Of a stretch of 60,049 nucleotides of DNA, positions 37,810 to 50,189 are shown in pieces (positions within the stretch are counted from its first letter, which is position 1; every line of letters begins with the position of its first letter). The position numbers and the translations under genes were made by a program. The notes beneath the pieces were generated by a model, which was given only the letters and a program-made list of their open reading frames with translations, was not told the DNA's origin and searched no databases. The stretch is taken from contig NKIB01013294.1 of assembly GCA_002256025.1 (NCBI GenBank), positions 1-60,049 of the forward strand. Reading direction: 5' to 3'. Source of the DNA: Asterionella formosa (taxonomy: Eukaryota).

Positions 37810-38910
37810 ATTTGTACTACAGGTACCCCTGGTACCCTGGTACCGTACCTGGTACCTGGTACCGGAATGCGCATACCGGTGGTGTACCTGGTCCCAGGTA
37901 CTAGTACCTGGTACAAGGGTACAAGCCAGGAGTGGTACCAGATTGCGACGTATTTTTTACCGGTAATATACCGGTAGATTCAAAGTATGGGGTGGTATCG
38001 GTGCATGCTGCATACAGTGCACCATGGAACAGAACCGTGGTACGTAGCGCCTACACAGGACAACAGTACCGGTACCTGCGTGCGAACATGATATTATTTA
38101 TGAAATTTATGATATATTTTATTTGATACACGCGTTAGAATAGAAATAAATGGGTGGGCACCAAGCAATTACCCGGTGGTACCTGGTACGGTAGTCATGA
38201 TGACCCCCAACATCCCCATGCATCAGCCATCCTGTACCTGGTACCAGGTACTGGTATTCAACCATCATTGCGACATTGCGCACTATAAGCAGCCTACGCA
38301 CGGCTAGTTGCAAAAAGCTACCAGGTCCCCACTGGTCCCCTGGTACCAGGTTCTCCTTGGTCCCTGCTACCTACACGTTGCAGTCATTTGGCTTAAATAA
38401 ACAATTTAATTCACGATAAAGAGAGCTAAAGTTTTTGTTTCAGCACAATTAACGCAACTTGCTTGGTACTCGGAGTATCTGGTACTGTAAAAGGTACCAG
38501 TACGCTGGGCAGACGAAGATGCGAATGGAAGCAAAAGGTAAAATCATATTGTAGTGTCCAAATATATTCGGCACATATATACAGTATACTGATAGTATAC
38601 GGTACCAGGTAGTGTATAGTACCAGGTACCGGTAAATCATACTGAGTATCAGTACCAATGGCATCGAAATTTGCCGGATTTTGGGACGCAACCAAATACA
38701 TCGCCTTTCGGGAACCACGCTACCTGGTACCCTGGTACCAGGTACGAGGGTACCGGTACATACTACCTGGTACCAGGTACCAGTACCGGTACTTTGATTG
38801 TACCCTTTCTTCCTTACGGTAATACAATATCGAACAATAATTTGTTTCTGAGTGGTACCAGGTACCAGGTACATGTACCTGAAATAATTTTATGAATGTA
38901 TGAGTACCGG
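37810..38910. repeat. GGTACC/ACCGGT/CCWGG-rich low-complexity palindromic tract in a divergent promoter region
   Basis: Dense TACCTGGTACCAGGTA-type units between CNNM and EMC1; similar tracts at 525-720, 3960-4020, 5155-5260, 54225-54840, 58600-59130. Confidence 0.85.
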
Positions 38911-39076
38911 TAATACCGATAGGAGTTCCATCATAGGGTGTGTCATCGAATCAACCCCCATAGACAAAGCCACTGGACAACAGCGGCTCTACAGCGGGGA
39001 CGTAAGAGCAAGGGATCCTCAACAAACGCAACGTGAATAGTGACGAGAACAAAGAAAAGTAAACGTTTTGCAAGCA

Positions 39077-42000
39077 ATGAAGATCCAAATCCTTGGCCTG
39101 CTGTCTGCCTTGCTCCGGCCGACGGCAGTTGCTGCTCTCTTCGCGGAAGAAATCGGCGTCAACGACTTCCTCATCGCCACTACTGGCCACGGATCCATAC
39201 AAACAGTCTTCACTCACACTAATGGAGTCGACGTTGATGCAGTCTTGACGTCGGACAGTCTTGATGCTGGCAAGTTGGTCGCCAGGTCGACCACGTCGTG
39301 CTTTGTCGCACTCCGTAATGTTCACTCGGGATCCTTGATTTGGCGACTCAATGTGTGTTCTGCTAGCGCAAAGGACTCGTATCATGTCGTCGTTGCCTCC
39401 AATGAATCATTTTTCACAGTGGACCACACTGGTTTGCTCCGGGCCTGGACCATGACCACTGGAGCGTTGCTCTGGGATGCACCGACGGGATCCGACGCAG
39501 TGCGCCTTTGGGCACCAGGTGGGGGCGTGGTGGTGGCATCACTGGAGGAATCTCTTGTTTTTTACAATACTCTGCATGGACGAGTCATGGGCACATTTTC
39601 AGCGGCAGCAGCGAGTGCCAGCAAGGGATCTGGAACCGCAACTTGGTTGGCAGTCATGACCGTGGGAGACCAGCTCTATTCGTTGATTGGATGGGTACAA
39701 AATGACATGGTCACTCATTTAACTAAAGTTGTCATGAAGTTGGACGAAGGAACTGTCTCGATTCAATCAGCAAAGTCGTTGCCAAATCATGCGAAGTTTC
39801 TTGCTTCTTCGTTACAAGTTATTCAAGGAGCTTACGTCCTTGGGTTGGGAGTAGATGGAGCGTCTATTGTTCAAGTTCCCATCATGACGTCAGAATCTTC
39901 ACTACAGATTGAAATTTCGCAGTTGCATCCCTTGTGGACCAGCATGGAAACCTTGGAACTTCAACCGGGCGGTCTGCTTCGTGTGAAGGCTGTCAACAGT
40001 CGGTACTCTCCCCCACGATTTTCAACGGGCCTATTCAGATTTGACGGCAAGGAATCTTGGGACCAGTGGTATGATACAGATGGATCAGAAGAAACCAACT
40101 CTGGAGCGATAGGCTATTGTCCTCATGCATTTTTGGTTTTCAGCTTTAACGACCAGGACGCGTCGATGACAGCCTACCATGTTGGTGCAATCCCTTCCCA
40201 AGAACATGGCCGATTGACCCGGGACGAACGGCACCGTCGATACAGTCCTTTGACCCCTATACAAGTAGAGGGTGAAGTCATCTCTGTCACAGACGATATT
40301 AGTGGTCTATTCGTTCTCGTGTGCAATGCTAATTCAGCGACCTTCCTTGTCACGACAAAAATGGGAACGACCGTAACTGCAGTCTTGTCCGTTAACTCTT
40401 TGCCAGGAGCCAAAGCTAAGATCGCATGGACTTCGGAGGAAGGAATGGCATCGATTTCGTCAGGATTGTTGTTGGATGCCAGTCACTCGTCCGCGATCGT
40501 TGATGCTGCCTCGGAGGAAGAGGAGAAAAAGGCACTGCAAGCATTATCCTTGTCATCCCGTTTGCAGTCCCAAATGGAGACATTGATTGGAATGTTTTCT
40601 TCTTTTTCTGCAATTAAAAGTCGCGAAGACGAGTTTGGATTTTCCAAAGTAGCTGTCCTTTTGTCACAAAAGGCGCACAGAGTGTGGGGCGTTCCAACAG
40701 CTGGCAATAGCCGTGGAAAACCAAGGTGGATGATGGATTTGCCCGATGCGGCAAATCGACATGTGCTTGTGCAAGGTAATCCAAGTTCTTTCTCCAATAT
40801 CCATGGAATCAACGGAGGAACACATAGCCATGAAGTCTTGATTTTGTCAGTTTTGCCCGACGAAACAAAATGGACGTGTTTGGATGGTATCACTGGAAAA
40901 GTGCACAATAACGGATCTTCTCCGACTCCGACACCTATTCGACAAATTATTCCTGTTTTTGGTGGTGGTTCTTGTAGACAGGTTGCGATATTGATGCTCG
41001 AAGATGGAACAGTTACTGTGATTCCAAGCGATGAAACGGCCATGGCTGCGGTTTCCGAAAAGATTAATACGAACGAAAATGGCTTCTACACTCATGTCCT
41101 AAGCAAACGACATAGCAGTATGGAGACTTTCCAAGTAATCGACTCTGAAAACAGTTCAGCATTCGCTACCCGTCTGGTCGGTCGGACTACCTTTGATGGA
41201 GAAAGAATTTTAAATGTTGCATATCCTGGCCGCGATGAAATTGTGCAGTCACCATGCAACATCCTTGGAGATGATTCGCTCTTGTTGAAGTATCTGAATC
41301 CCCATTTAGCAGCCGTTGTGACCATGTCTGACCCATCTGGTTCCAGGGCTGGTATCCTTGTCGATGCGCTCAACCCACGCAAAGGAGTAAGCGGAATAAC
41401 CAAACCTAAAGGTGTGACAACAGCACTCAATGATGGCACAGGGAAAGCTACTGTTGAATCCTTGCCGAATCTCTTTGTGAATTTGGTCGATACTGTGTCT
41501 GGTCGCATCCTTTATCGTGCAAGCCACACAAATGCGGCTGAAAGTGACAGTGTTCCAGTCTTAATCAGTGAAAACTGGGTAATTTATGCATTTTTCAACG
41601 AAATGACCAAAAGAAGTGAGCTTGGTGTTCTATCGTTGCATGAAGGTATGATTGACAAAACTGGTCTTACCGCTTTTTCTGCTCCTGAGCAAGCCAGCTC
41701 GTTCTCGAGTCTGACAGCAAGGGAATCGAAACCAGTTGTACTTCCAAAGAGTTATACTATCATGAAGCCAATCACAGCCCTCGGGGTGACATTAACAAAG
41801 AGTGGTATCAGCACAAAACAAATTCTCATTGCGACAGGGGACGATAGAATTACCTCCATTCCCCGCAATCTGCTTGAACCAAGGCGACCAACTGGAGTGG
41901 TGAAAGATGTTGAGAAAGAAGAAGGACTTTTTCAATACCATCCCCTGGTCCCTCTCATTACTTTGCAATCTCCGTCTTACAACCAAACTATCCATTCCGT

Positions 42001-42241
42001 TACAACAATCATGTCCGCTACGACTGACCTTGAATCACAGTCATTAATTCTGGCATTTGGTGGACCAGATATATTTTTCTCAAGAGTTGCGCCGTCAAAG
42101 GGGTTTGACCTCTTGCCTGAAGACTTTAACCGCATCTTGCTATCAATTGTTGTTGTAGGAATACTGGTTGTCCTCGTCGTTGTGAAATCAGTGAGCGGCA
42201 AAAAGACAGTCCAGTTAGGGTGGATTGACTTCAAAAAATAG
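39077..42241 (+). CDS. EMC1: ER membrane protein complex subunit 1
   Basis: Signal peptide then ALFAEEIGVNDF; ILGDDSLLLKYLNPH, LVDTVSGRI, SENWVIY, TDLESQSL, PSKGFDLLPEDFN and a C-terminal TM helix. Confidence 0.95.
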   Translation: MKIQILGLLSALLRPTAVAALFAEEIGVNDFLIATTGHGSIQTVFTHTNGVDVDAVLTSDSLDAGKLVARSTTSCFVALRNVHSGSLIWRLNVCSASAKDSYHVVVASNESFFTVDHTGLLRAWTMTTGALLWDAPTGSDAVRLWAPGGGVVVASLEESLVFYNTLHGRVMGTFSAAAASASKGSGTATWLAVMTVGDQLYSLIGWVQNDMVTHLTKVVMKLDEGTVSIQSAKSLPNHAKFLASSLQVIQGAYVLGLGVDGASIVQVPIMTSESSLQIEISQLHPLWTSMETLELQPGGLLRVKAVNSRYSPPRFSTGLFRFDGKESWDQWYDTDGSEETNSGAIGYCPHAFLVFSFNDQDASMTAYHVGAIPSQEHGRLTRDERHRRYSPLTPIQVEGEVISVTDDISGLFVLVCNANSATFLVTTKMGTTVTAVLSVNSLPGAKAKIAWTSEEGMASISSGLLLDASHSSAIVDAASEEEEKKALQALSLSSRLQSQMETLIGMFSSFSAIKSREDEFGFSKVAVLLSQKAHRVWGVPTAGNSRGKPRWMMDLPDAANRHVLVQGNPSSFSNIHGINGGTHSHEVLILSVLPDETKWTCLDGITGKVHNNGSSPTPTPIRQIIPVFGGGSCRQVAILMLEDGTVTVIPSDETAMAAVSEKINTNENGFYTHVLSKRHSSMETFQVIDSENSSAFATRLVGRTTFDGERILNVAYPGRDEIVQSPCNILGDDSLLLKYLNPHLAAVVTMSDPSGSRAGILVDALNPRKGVSGITKPKGVTTALNDGTGKATVESLPNLFVNLVDTVSGRILYRASHTNAAESDSVPVLISENWVIYAFFNEMTKRSELGVLSLHEGMIDKTGLTAFSAPEQASSFSSLTARESKPVVLPKSYTIMKPITALGVTLTKSGISTKQILIATGDDRITSIPRNLLEPRRPTGVVKDVEKEEGLFQYHPLVPLITLQSPSYNQTIHSVTTIMSATTDLESQSLILAFGGPDIFFSRVAPSKGFDLLPEDFNRILLSIVVVGILVVLVVVKSVSGKKTVQLGWIDFKK

Positions 42242-44235
42242 TTCTTACCCTCAAACTCTGATGATATCCCTACTCTAGCCTTTTGAAATTTTTGCTATAT
42301 TACTGGCTTGATTTGTGGATAATTCCGCTCGTAACCGGCAAATGTGGGGCAGCTCCTGGTTTTGCAGTAGTGTCATCAAGGTTCGTAAAAGTACTCTAAT
42401 TTAACTACGAGCTTTACATTGATTTCATGATCACTACTCTGAGGGGTGGAATACTTGTGTTGAGTCCAGTGTTGATAACCAGGTTGTCATACGTTTCACA
42501 TCCAGGGTTCACTATACTTTTTTAGTATTTATAATTAGTCACTTGATCAACCAATTACATTCCTTCACAATAGGGTCACTATCTTCCTTTACCTTGTCCT
42601 TGAACTCATAAACTATGACTGTTAACACGGACCCAACATAGGTTGAACAGCACATGTCACCTGTTTCTTGTATCACAAGCACATTCAAAGTATGGGCAAA
42701 TCGTAGGAAAAGGGGACGAAAGTCCCAACCACTTTCCTCACAAAATACATATTTAGTACATGTTTTTCCAAACCAAATGTTAAACAAGTGTAAGTTGTCA
42801 CTTTTTACCTCAGACTAGCAGGTACCTACTATCGAGTTTAAATGCCAAGGCTGGCGGGTGGGAAAAAATTTCTTCTCTGCTTTAGCCCCTGATATCGTGG
42901 AATATTCAATTCGAGTATGCTGGCCTGCTCGAAGCCGAACTGTGGGGGTAGATCCGGCAGACTCGTCAACCTTTTTCACACCAATTTGCTCCGTTAAATC
43001 GAACTATGCATGATTAAATTGTCTAACATGAATTACAGAGCTATTATTGAATGTGTCTGGGGCTAGTTATGTGTGTCTGACAAGTAGATACTGATGTCTG
43101 AAAACTTTTAGTATGTGTCTGACAGAAAATCGTCTGACACGAGCTCCTGGTAGTTTCCTGTCCTCTGAGACTGCACCGCTCGCTGGTGCCTCAACATTAT
43201 CTATTCATATGCACGAACATATTGATCAGTGATAATGAAAAAGCAATTCAATTGCAATCAATGCATCTTTTCTTCATCTCAAATCAAAACATCAATATAA
43301 ATCGAGATGCACACTTGATCAGACAACAGTAATTACGAATAATCATAGTATTGTTCTAGTCATTGTAATATTCATTGTGCAGCTACTGTAAATTGTCGAA
43401 TCGTTTCAAAACATCATTTGTTTTGAATAGTGCATATCTATTTGATTTCGACCTCAATGTTCGTTGTTAATATTAGTGTCATAACAATTTTCCTTTAACC
43501 ATTGTATTTTCTGTGTTGTGCTTGATATATCTACCTAAGAGGATAGCGTCGTTCAGCATTTTCGTAGAAGTTCCCACTATTTTCTTCATGGTCAAGGCTG
43601 AGACGACATGATCCAGGATGCTTCACCCAGCCACAACGATTACACTTAATGTAATGTTTTACTATGTCTGGAAAAGATTGGATAAATTTTATCAACAAGC
43701 AACTATGAAGGTTCCTTGGATTATTGATGGTAGATGCATAATACTTTTTTAAGTGATAGAAAGCAAGATTCTTCTGCCAAAAATCGTCTGACAGGAAATC
43801 GTCTGAAACAATTTTGATAACGTCTGTAACGATTTGTATGTGCATAAAACAATAATTGCACATTTCTTATCCTAAACTCTTGAGAATTTAAACCGTTTTA
43901 CACTATTGTTCTTCTAAACGACTTATTTTGGACTTGAACATATTGCTCAAATTGATTTGGCGAACGTCAATTTCATGGGTCTCCACAAGCCTTCCTGATT
44001 TACCGAGTTTGGTAAATGAAAATTCGAAGAGAGTCTTCGAATGAATTTTGTGCGAAACAAAAATGCTTGGAAAATAAACATTTACTTTTGTTTATAATTT
44101 TAGGATTAGCAATTGAGAAAACATTGTGTTAATTTACATGATGGTCAGATAGTTTATCTATCAGGAAGGCTAGCAGAGAAAGTATGTGGTACTAGGGAGT
44201 ACAACTAGCGCGTAAGAATTATTTAAAGAATACAA

Positions 44236-45390
44236 TCTTGGTCTCACCACAGCACTTAGAAACATGACTTTTTAAATATGAGACTTGTGACGAACATTTC
44301 TTTCTGGTGGCACCTCGTCATGTGCTAGATATATCTTCTGAGAAGCTTTGGAAACAAAGAACCATTTTTCGTCCATATTAATATCACGATAGAAATGATC
44401 ATAAAAACCAAACTTAATAGGATAGAAGGGCTCATGATTCAGCTGACCAGGATGATTCAGCTGCAAACGATTGATAGCATAGAACAAATGATTCCAATCA
44501 TTATGAAGTGTTAGCAATAGCTGGATTGCATTACTGTGAGGCTGTATCACCTCCATCTCGGTTGAATTGATGTAACTCTTGTAGTGACAGGGGAATGGCT
44601 TAATGGTTAGCACACCCACCGTGGTGATGGATTCGATTCCTGCATTCTCCCCCTGTCTTTTTCATGTAGTCCCTAGGGTTCCGGGGGGTGCAACTGACAA
44701 AAAGACAGGTCCCATTGTACTGTACAGACAAATAAAACCAGTACTAATTGTTTCCATTTATTTGGTGGGCCCAGATGCAATTATTGGTTAGCTTTAATGT
44801 ACTATAAAATTTCGTTGACATTTTCAAAAGAGTGTAGTGACAGGTAATCTGAGCTTCTTCTCCAATGTGCGGTATGTTAGTCAACTTGACAGCTGTCATA
44901 ATATCAGTGGAGAACATTTATACCTCTACCAGCCACTCTTATATTTCCATTAAAGTGCCTTGTAGGATTCACTATTGTCCCCATTTGTTAATAGCACCTT
45001 CATCTTGGTTGAATTGGTGTAACAAAAGAGTGTAGTGACAGGGAGTCTGAGCTCGTTCTTCTCCAATGTGCAGTAAGTTAGTCAACTTGACAGCTGTTAT
45101 AATATCAGTGGGAGGAACATTTTATACCTCTACCACTCTTATATTTCCGGGATAGTGCCTTGTATGATTCACTATCCTCATTTGTGAATGATTTGAGTGC
45201 GTGCTGCCAGATAAAATAAATTGTGATTTTACTGATGCCGAACTTTTTAGCCAACTGGAGGTGAACACCTGGACTTAGTACTATGAGCTGATTGTCCATT
45301 TCATTGTTTACGACTTTGTCCCTTTTGAGGTTGTGAAGCGAGCAATCGACATTGTATTGTCGCTGTTCTCGTGTCAAATCCTTCTTCTTT
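44236..45390 (-). mobile_element. Tc1/mariner (plant-type DD39D-like) transposase remnant, internally duplicated and interrupted
   Basis: MDEKWFF...IYLAHDEVPPERNVRHKSHI*KVMFLSAVVRPR; HSNAI..LLT..N; N-terminal HTH LAKKFGISKITIYFIW...KSGR. A ~160-bp segment is repeated at 44825 and 45023. Confidence 0.8.
44591..44650 (+). other. tRNA-derived Pol III promoter / SINE-like head inside the mariner remnant
   Basis: A box TGGCTTAATGG (44596-44606), B box GATTCGATTCC (44630-44640), acceptor-like pairing GGGAATG/CATTCTC; anticodon arm too short for a real tRNA. Confidence 0.45.
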
Positions 45391-45946
45391 TGTGTATTGA
45401 CAAACTAAGGGTCAACGAAAAGGGGGAGTCCAGAGCAAACATTCCAATTGGGGCGCGATTCAACGAAAAACGCGCCAAAATAAGTAAATCGAGGACAGGT
45501 TCACCTAATTCTAGACTATTTAGAACCTATATTATTTACAATATTACGTTCGGGATATTTTTAAAATAAGAAGGGCTGTTAGCCGGAGAATTTTTGGAGC
45601 TTGCGCTTCAGGAGAGGGCAGTGACCTAAAGTTTGGTTGCAACTGGTAGCTGGTATGGTACAAGTATACAAGGTACCGGAAGTACATCGGAAGAAATATC
45701 AATGCGAAATAATTTAAACAAAAATGAATGCTGTCCATACATCAATAAGCACATACTAACATACGTGTATAAGAATAAAACGAATTCGCTATCTGCGATA
45801 GCCAAATTATACATCATCACATTTTCTCCTTGATTTTTGCGTTGAATCGTTGAGTTACGAAAATTTCGATAAACATGATGTGATAATGGTGCACCTTTTG
45901 CACTTAAAAACGCTACATGTTCCTTACAATGTGATCTCGCAATAAA

Positions 45947-47014
45947 ATGAAAGTTCATTATCTCCTTAGGCTATGCAAGGTATTCGTCGTCTTTCTCCCT
46001 CTTTCTACAGAAAGCTGGCCTTTAGGTGAAGTTCTGTGTGACTTGAAGAAAGCGCCAATCGCTCTCCTTCGAAGGAATCCCGAAACTGGAGAATATGTTA
46101 TCGATCAGCATCGAGTTCTGATAACAACTGAAGAAGCTATGATAATTAAAATGGAACGGAGTGACTTGTCGCCAGAGGATTCAAAGTCAATCAGCAATTC
46201 AATCCGGCCCAAAGGCGGAGCTCTTATCGGAGATGGCCTAATTTTTACAAATTGGGAAAAGCAGTACGCTAGAATTTGCTGTACTTCAGGGTACTATTGC
46301 GCATTTCCTGCAACTCATTGCGATGTTAATGATAACCCATCTCAATGGAGTGAAAATCAAAAACCTAGATGTCTCATTCAAAATCGAAGTACAAACATTG
46401 TTCGGCGACTCTTGCCATTTATGGTGTCGTTCTACGGTTGCCTCGTTACATTTTTGGTGTTTACCAAAAATGGAAGAGGAATCGTGAACTATGCTATTGG
46501 ATATTTCCATTCAACCTGGAATGAGGAAGTAGCAGATCAGATGCTTGTACATGATGCTCGTCGTGCAGAGGGGTTGATTCGAATTCACATCCGCAGGCGA
46601 CGAAGAGAGCTTGCTGTACGACATCAAATGATGATGGGATTGACAATTGGCAGCGGCAACCACGAGCCTAGAGAGCTCAAGGCATTGATTCTGAAAACAA
46701 GAAAGTATAAATCACCAATAAATGGACCATTGCCAAATGATACCGAAGACGAACGTAATGATCCGTCTTGTTCAATATGTTATGAACCCCTTCAAGATGG
46801 GGAAAAAGTTGGCGTTCTGCCTTGTGATCATTTGTTCCACTCAAGTTGTCTTAAAACTTGGCTCACTAGACGCAATGTTTGTCCTCTTTGCCAGGCAATT
46901 GAGATAGCAACTCCAAGTTATGCAGATGAGGAGGATGAAGACAACATCGTCGACTCCAATAACCAAAGAAATCAAGGGGGCAGCATACGGAATCTTTTGT
47001 CGCACTTCTATTAA
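45947..47014 (+). CDS. Membrane-anchored RING-H2 E3 ubiquitin ligase
   Basis: Signal peptide, Cys-rich lumenal part, TM helix, CSICYEPL...LPCDHLFHSSCLKTWL....CPLC. Confidence 0.9.
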   Translation: MKVHYLLRLCKVFVVFLPLSTESWPLGEVLCDLKKAPIALLRRNPETGEYVIDQHRVLITTEEAMIIKMERSDLSPEDSKSISNSIRPKGGALIGDGLIFTNWEKQYARICCTSGYYCAFPATHCDVNDNPSQWSENQKPRCLIQNRSTNIVRRLLPFMVSFYGCLVTFLVFTKNGRGIVNYAIGYFHSTWNEEVADQMLVHDARRAEGLIRIHIRRRRRELAVRHQMMMGLTIGSGNHEPRELKALILKTRKYKSPINGPLPNDTEDERNDPSCSICYEPLQDGEKVGVLPCDHLFHSSCLKTWLTRRNVCPLCQAIEIATPSYADEEDEDNIVDSNNQRNQGGSIRNLLSHFY

Positions 47015-47126
47015 CTTTCTCGTTATCAACGACGCCCATTTTCCTGCATACCATTGTCCAAATCCATGTAATCGTTAAATTAATTTGTTCAACCATTGAC
47101 TTGACTCTTGACTTAGGCTGAATATC

Positions 47127-49298
47127 TTAAGGTCGGACATGACGCTGAGCGTTGATAGCTCGGCGAGCTGAATGATTTTTTATTCTTGATATATGTGCCT
47201 GGAGCTGCGAAACGCGAGCCTGGTCTACAACCCGTGCATCGCTGACACCGACTGGCAAAAAATAATTCGGAATCCTGAAGCCGGGTGGTCGTCCCTGCGG
47301 AGGGAGAGGACCCTTGAGGATCGTATCAACATTAACGTTTGTTTCATTCGTCTGGCCAGGTTTCAAAACAGTGGCCTCGCGAATTCTTTCAGCTGCTCTT
47401 TCCCCCGCTTCTCGCATAGCTCGAGCATCGTCTTCCTCGGTTTTTGAATAAAGAACGCATTTCTTACAATCACTGTGCGTGCAATGAGCTATTTGGCAAA
47501 AGTGCTGATAACCAGCGATTTCCTTCCGGCAAATATAGCATACAATTGCACCACAAGGACATGACATTTTGTTGCAACCAGACTCTTTGACGAACTTCTT
47601 CGTGCATTTGGGTCGTGGGCAGGTTCTAATCTTTGCTGCCGAAATTGCTTCCTCGACCTGCAAGCGGCCCATTGTTTCTGCTTTCTTCTCCACCTCTTCG
47701 CATCGAAGGGGTATGTGAGCTTCTTCTCGGCACTTTCGGCAGGACTCAAACCCACATTCTTCCACTGGACACCGGAATACCATTTCGGTCAATGGAAGTA
47801 CCGCTTGGAAGTCACATTTGGGACAAGTACTTTTGACAAGAAGTCAGATTAGGAGAATGATATCATAACAAAACAGGAACACTTCGTGTGTTTCTACTCA
47901 CATCAGGTCATCCATGCAAGCTTTTTCGATTGCTGCATGGAATTGAAGCTCGTTGTATTTTGCCAATGACTTTTCTGGGAGGGCTTTTTGCAATGACTCA
48001 ACGCTAAATCCAGAAGGGCAACCATCTTCAAACATGCACATGATTTCCGTTGCTGCTTCTTTCGTCGCGCGGTTAATACCGAGATTACCAGCACCAAAAA
48101 TTTGTTCTTCTGCAAAGCGGCGGAGGCAGTCGACACAAAACAAGTGGCCTTCGTTTTGACAATGTATCATTTCATCAATCGCAACAGGAGTGTAACAACA
48201 GAGGCAATCTACAGTGGAGTTCGTTCTTTCCGCAATTTCTCGTGCATTCATCCGGGCTTTATAACTCTCCATCCGATTCGTCATAATATTCATTTTGTGC
48301 TGTACATATTTGATCTCTTCCAATAAAATCAGATCGGTAACAACGTGTGTGGTCAATTTCGCACAATATCGCTTCTTGATAATTTGTCTACTTTTGGATG
48401 GCGAATAAAATCGTCTCAACTGCTCTTCTTGCAAACTACCACTTCGTAACGCTTTTATCAATGCGCTGTATTCCTTGTATTGAGTTTCCATGTCACTAGA
48501 TGCAGTTCCTGTTCTCCCGGTCACCAAGTTGCAGATGGTCTCGTGACAGATTGCATAGTGCCTATTCATTTTAATGAATTGAACAGCTCCAAACATCGAC
48601 AGGAATGGAAAATCAATAGCGAGCTGTTGCACTGCTTCTCTCTCATAAAGATTCGTGGGCTCAAACGAGCCGGCCGACATGAAATTGTAGGCCCATATTG
48701 GGGCACCTTGTTTGTGCACAGTAACACCGCTTTTATGAATCGAACCCTTTGACTTTGACTTTTGGTAGCCCTTTTCTGCCATTATTGATAGAACAGCTGC
48801 AACTTCCTCTCTACCATTTTGCATCAGGAGCATCTTGGCGTGATCTTCGTCCACATCGGGAAAGACTTCATAAATTTGCATTATGGGCGTATGGTTTAGT
48901 TGGATCACTTTCTGAGACAAGGGAAATTTTGATTGCGTTGAATATAAAGAATCACTTGTGATTCCTGTCACAAGTGCTGGCATCTTGCGATCGTCTACAA
49001 GGTCCAGAATTTCAAATGCATTTTGCGGCATTCTCTTCATCTGCGACCTGCCTCCCTTCTTGTCACTCATTTTCCGTTTTCTCATATTATTTTGCATATG
49101 CTCGCTTTCTTCGTCACTGTCAACAACTATAGCCACAGCAGCCGCAACAGTTGGGCTTGTGATGGAGACTATATGCCTCCGCTTTCGTGTTAAGCTTTGT
49201 CCGCAACGACGCTGTTTCAAATTGGTTGCTGAGTCGCGAGCAGGATGCATTTGCTTATCTTCGTCATCGGAGTCACATAGATCAAAAAGCTCTGACAT
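47127..49298 (-). CDS. RBR (RING-IBR-RING) E3 ubiquitin ligase, RNF216-like; exons 49298-47902 and 47829-47127
   Basis: RING1 CLCC...C..GHLFCVDC...C....C. A 72-bp GT-AG intron (47901-47830) restores IBR DDLITCPKCDF...CPVEEC...C..C...H...C. RING2 CP..C..KFVKESGCNKMSCPC...CYIC. CUE-like VFPDVD motif. Confidence 0.92.
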
Positions 49299-50189
49299 GC
49301 TCTATCACACGGTGCTACTACTTGCCATAAATCAGTCACTCAATGCTAAAGGGTGACTTTTTAGAACGATGAAGGTCCGGTAAGTATTTTGTAGACTGCC
49401 CTTGCTTGATTCAAGTTGTGTGCCGGTAACATACCTTACACCCGGTACAAGGGGCTCTTGTGCGTACCTGGAAGGTCTGGTACACGGTTTATGCGCACTT
49501 TTTCTGTTTCGACTCACTCCCAATGATTCGTCCTACCCGGTATGCCAGAAGTGATAGGCTAAACAAATAGCTTTCCATTCCAAACTCTCTTAAATTAACT
49601 TTACATGCCGTTAAATTATCATTCAGTAAATTTAAGTCGTCTTCTGATCATCGAAATCGTGTTCAACTACTTCTAAGGGTGATAGTATTCAGCAACTGGA
49701 AGACCACAGTTTGGTTATAGAGTTCACAAATCGCTCAGTAACTTCTAGTCATAGTCAGCAAATTCTATTCGAAGTTAGCGAGTTCAATTCTTAGTCAGCG
49801 AATTGTAGTCGTTATCGGCAAATTTCAGGAAGTGGATCAGTACTCAGAAACAAAAGAGTCATTTTGAAAATATCAATGGACTATAAATTGATATTAGAGA
49901 ACGAAAAAAATTTGGTTCGCCCTACAGATTACCGTAGAGTAGCATTTTGCATGCTGTGAAAGTGTTAAATCTTGGCCATCACAACTTCGTCATTTTGAAT
50001 TGTGCATTGCCTAAACTACGTGAAGAAATGCGCCATTGGCGACTTCAATTTCCGTTGTCAATATTAGTGTTATTACAATTGTTTTTTTACGATTGTATTG
50101 TCGATGTTGTGTTAGATATCTTTACCAAATAGCATAGCATTGTTTTCATTGTTTTCATTGTTTATTTTAATATCACATATATCAGGGGT

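Noticed and set aside
44591..44650. Functional tRNA gene
   Set aside because: Only ~23 nt between A and B boxes; no anticodon arm can be folded.
45947..49298. Two adjacent E3 ligases as a functional cluster
   Set aside because: Different families and compartments; E3 genes are numerous, so adjacency is likely chance.
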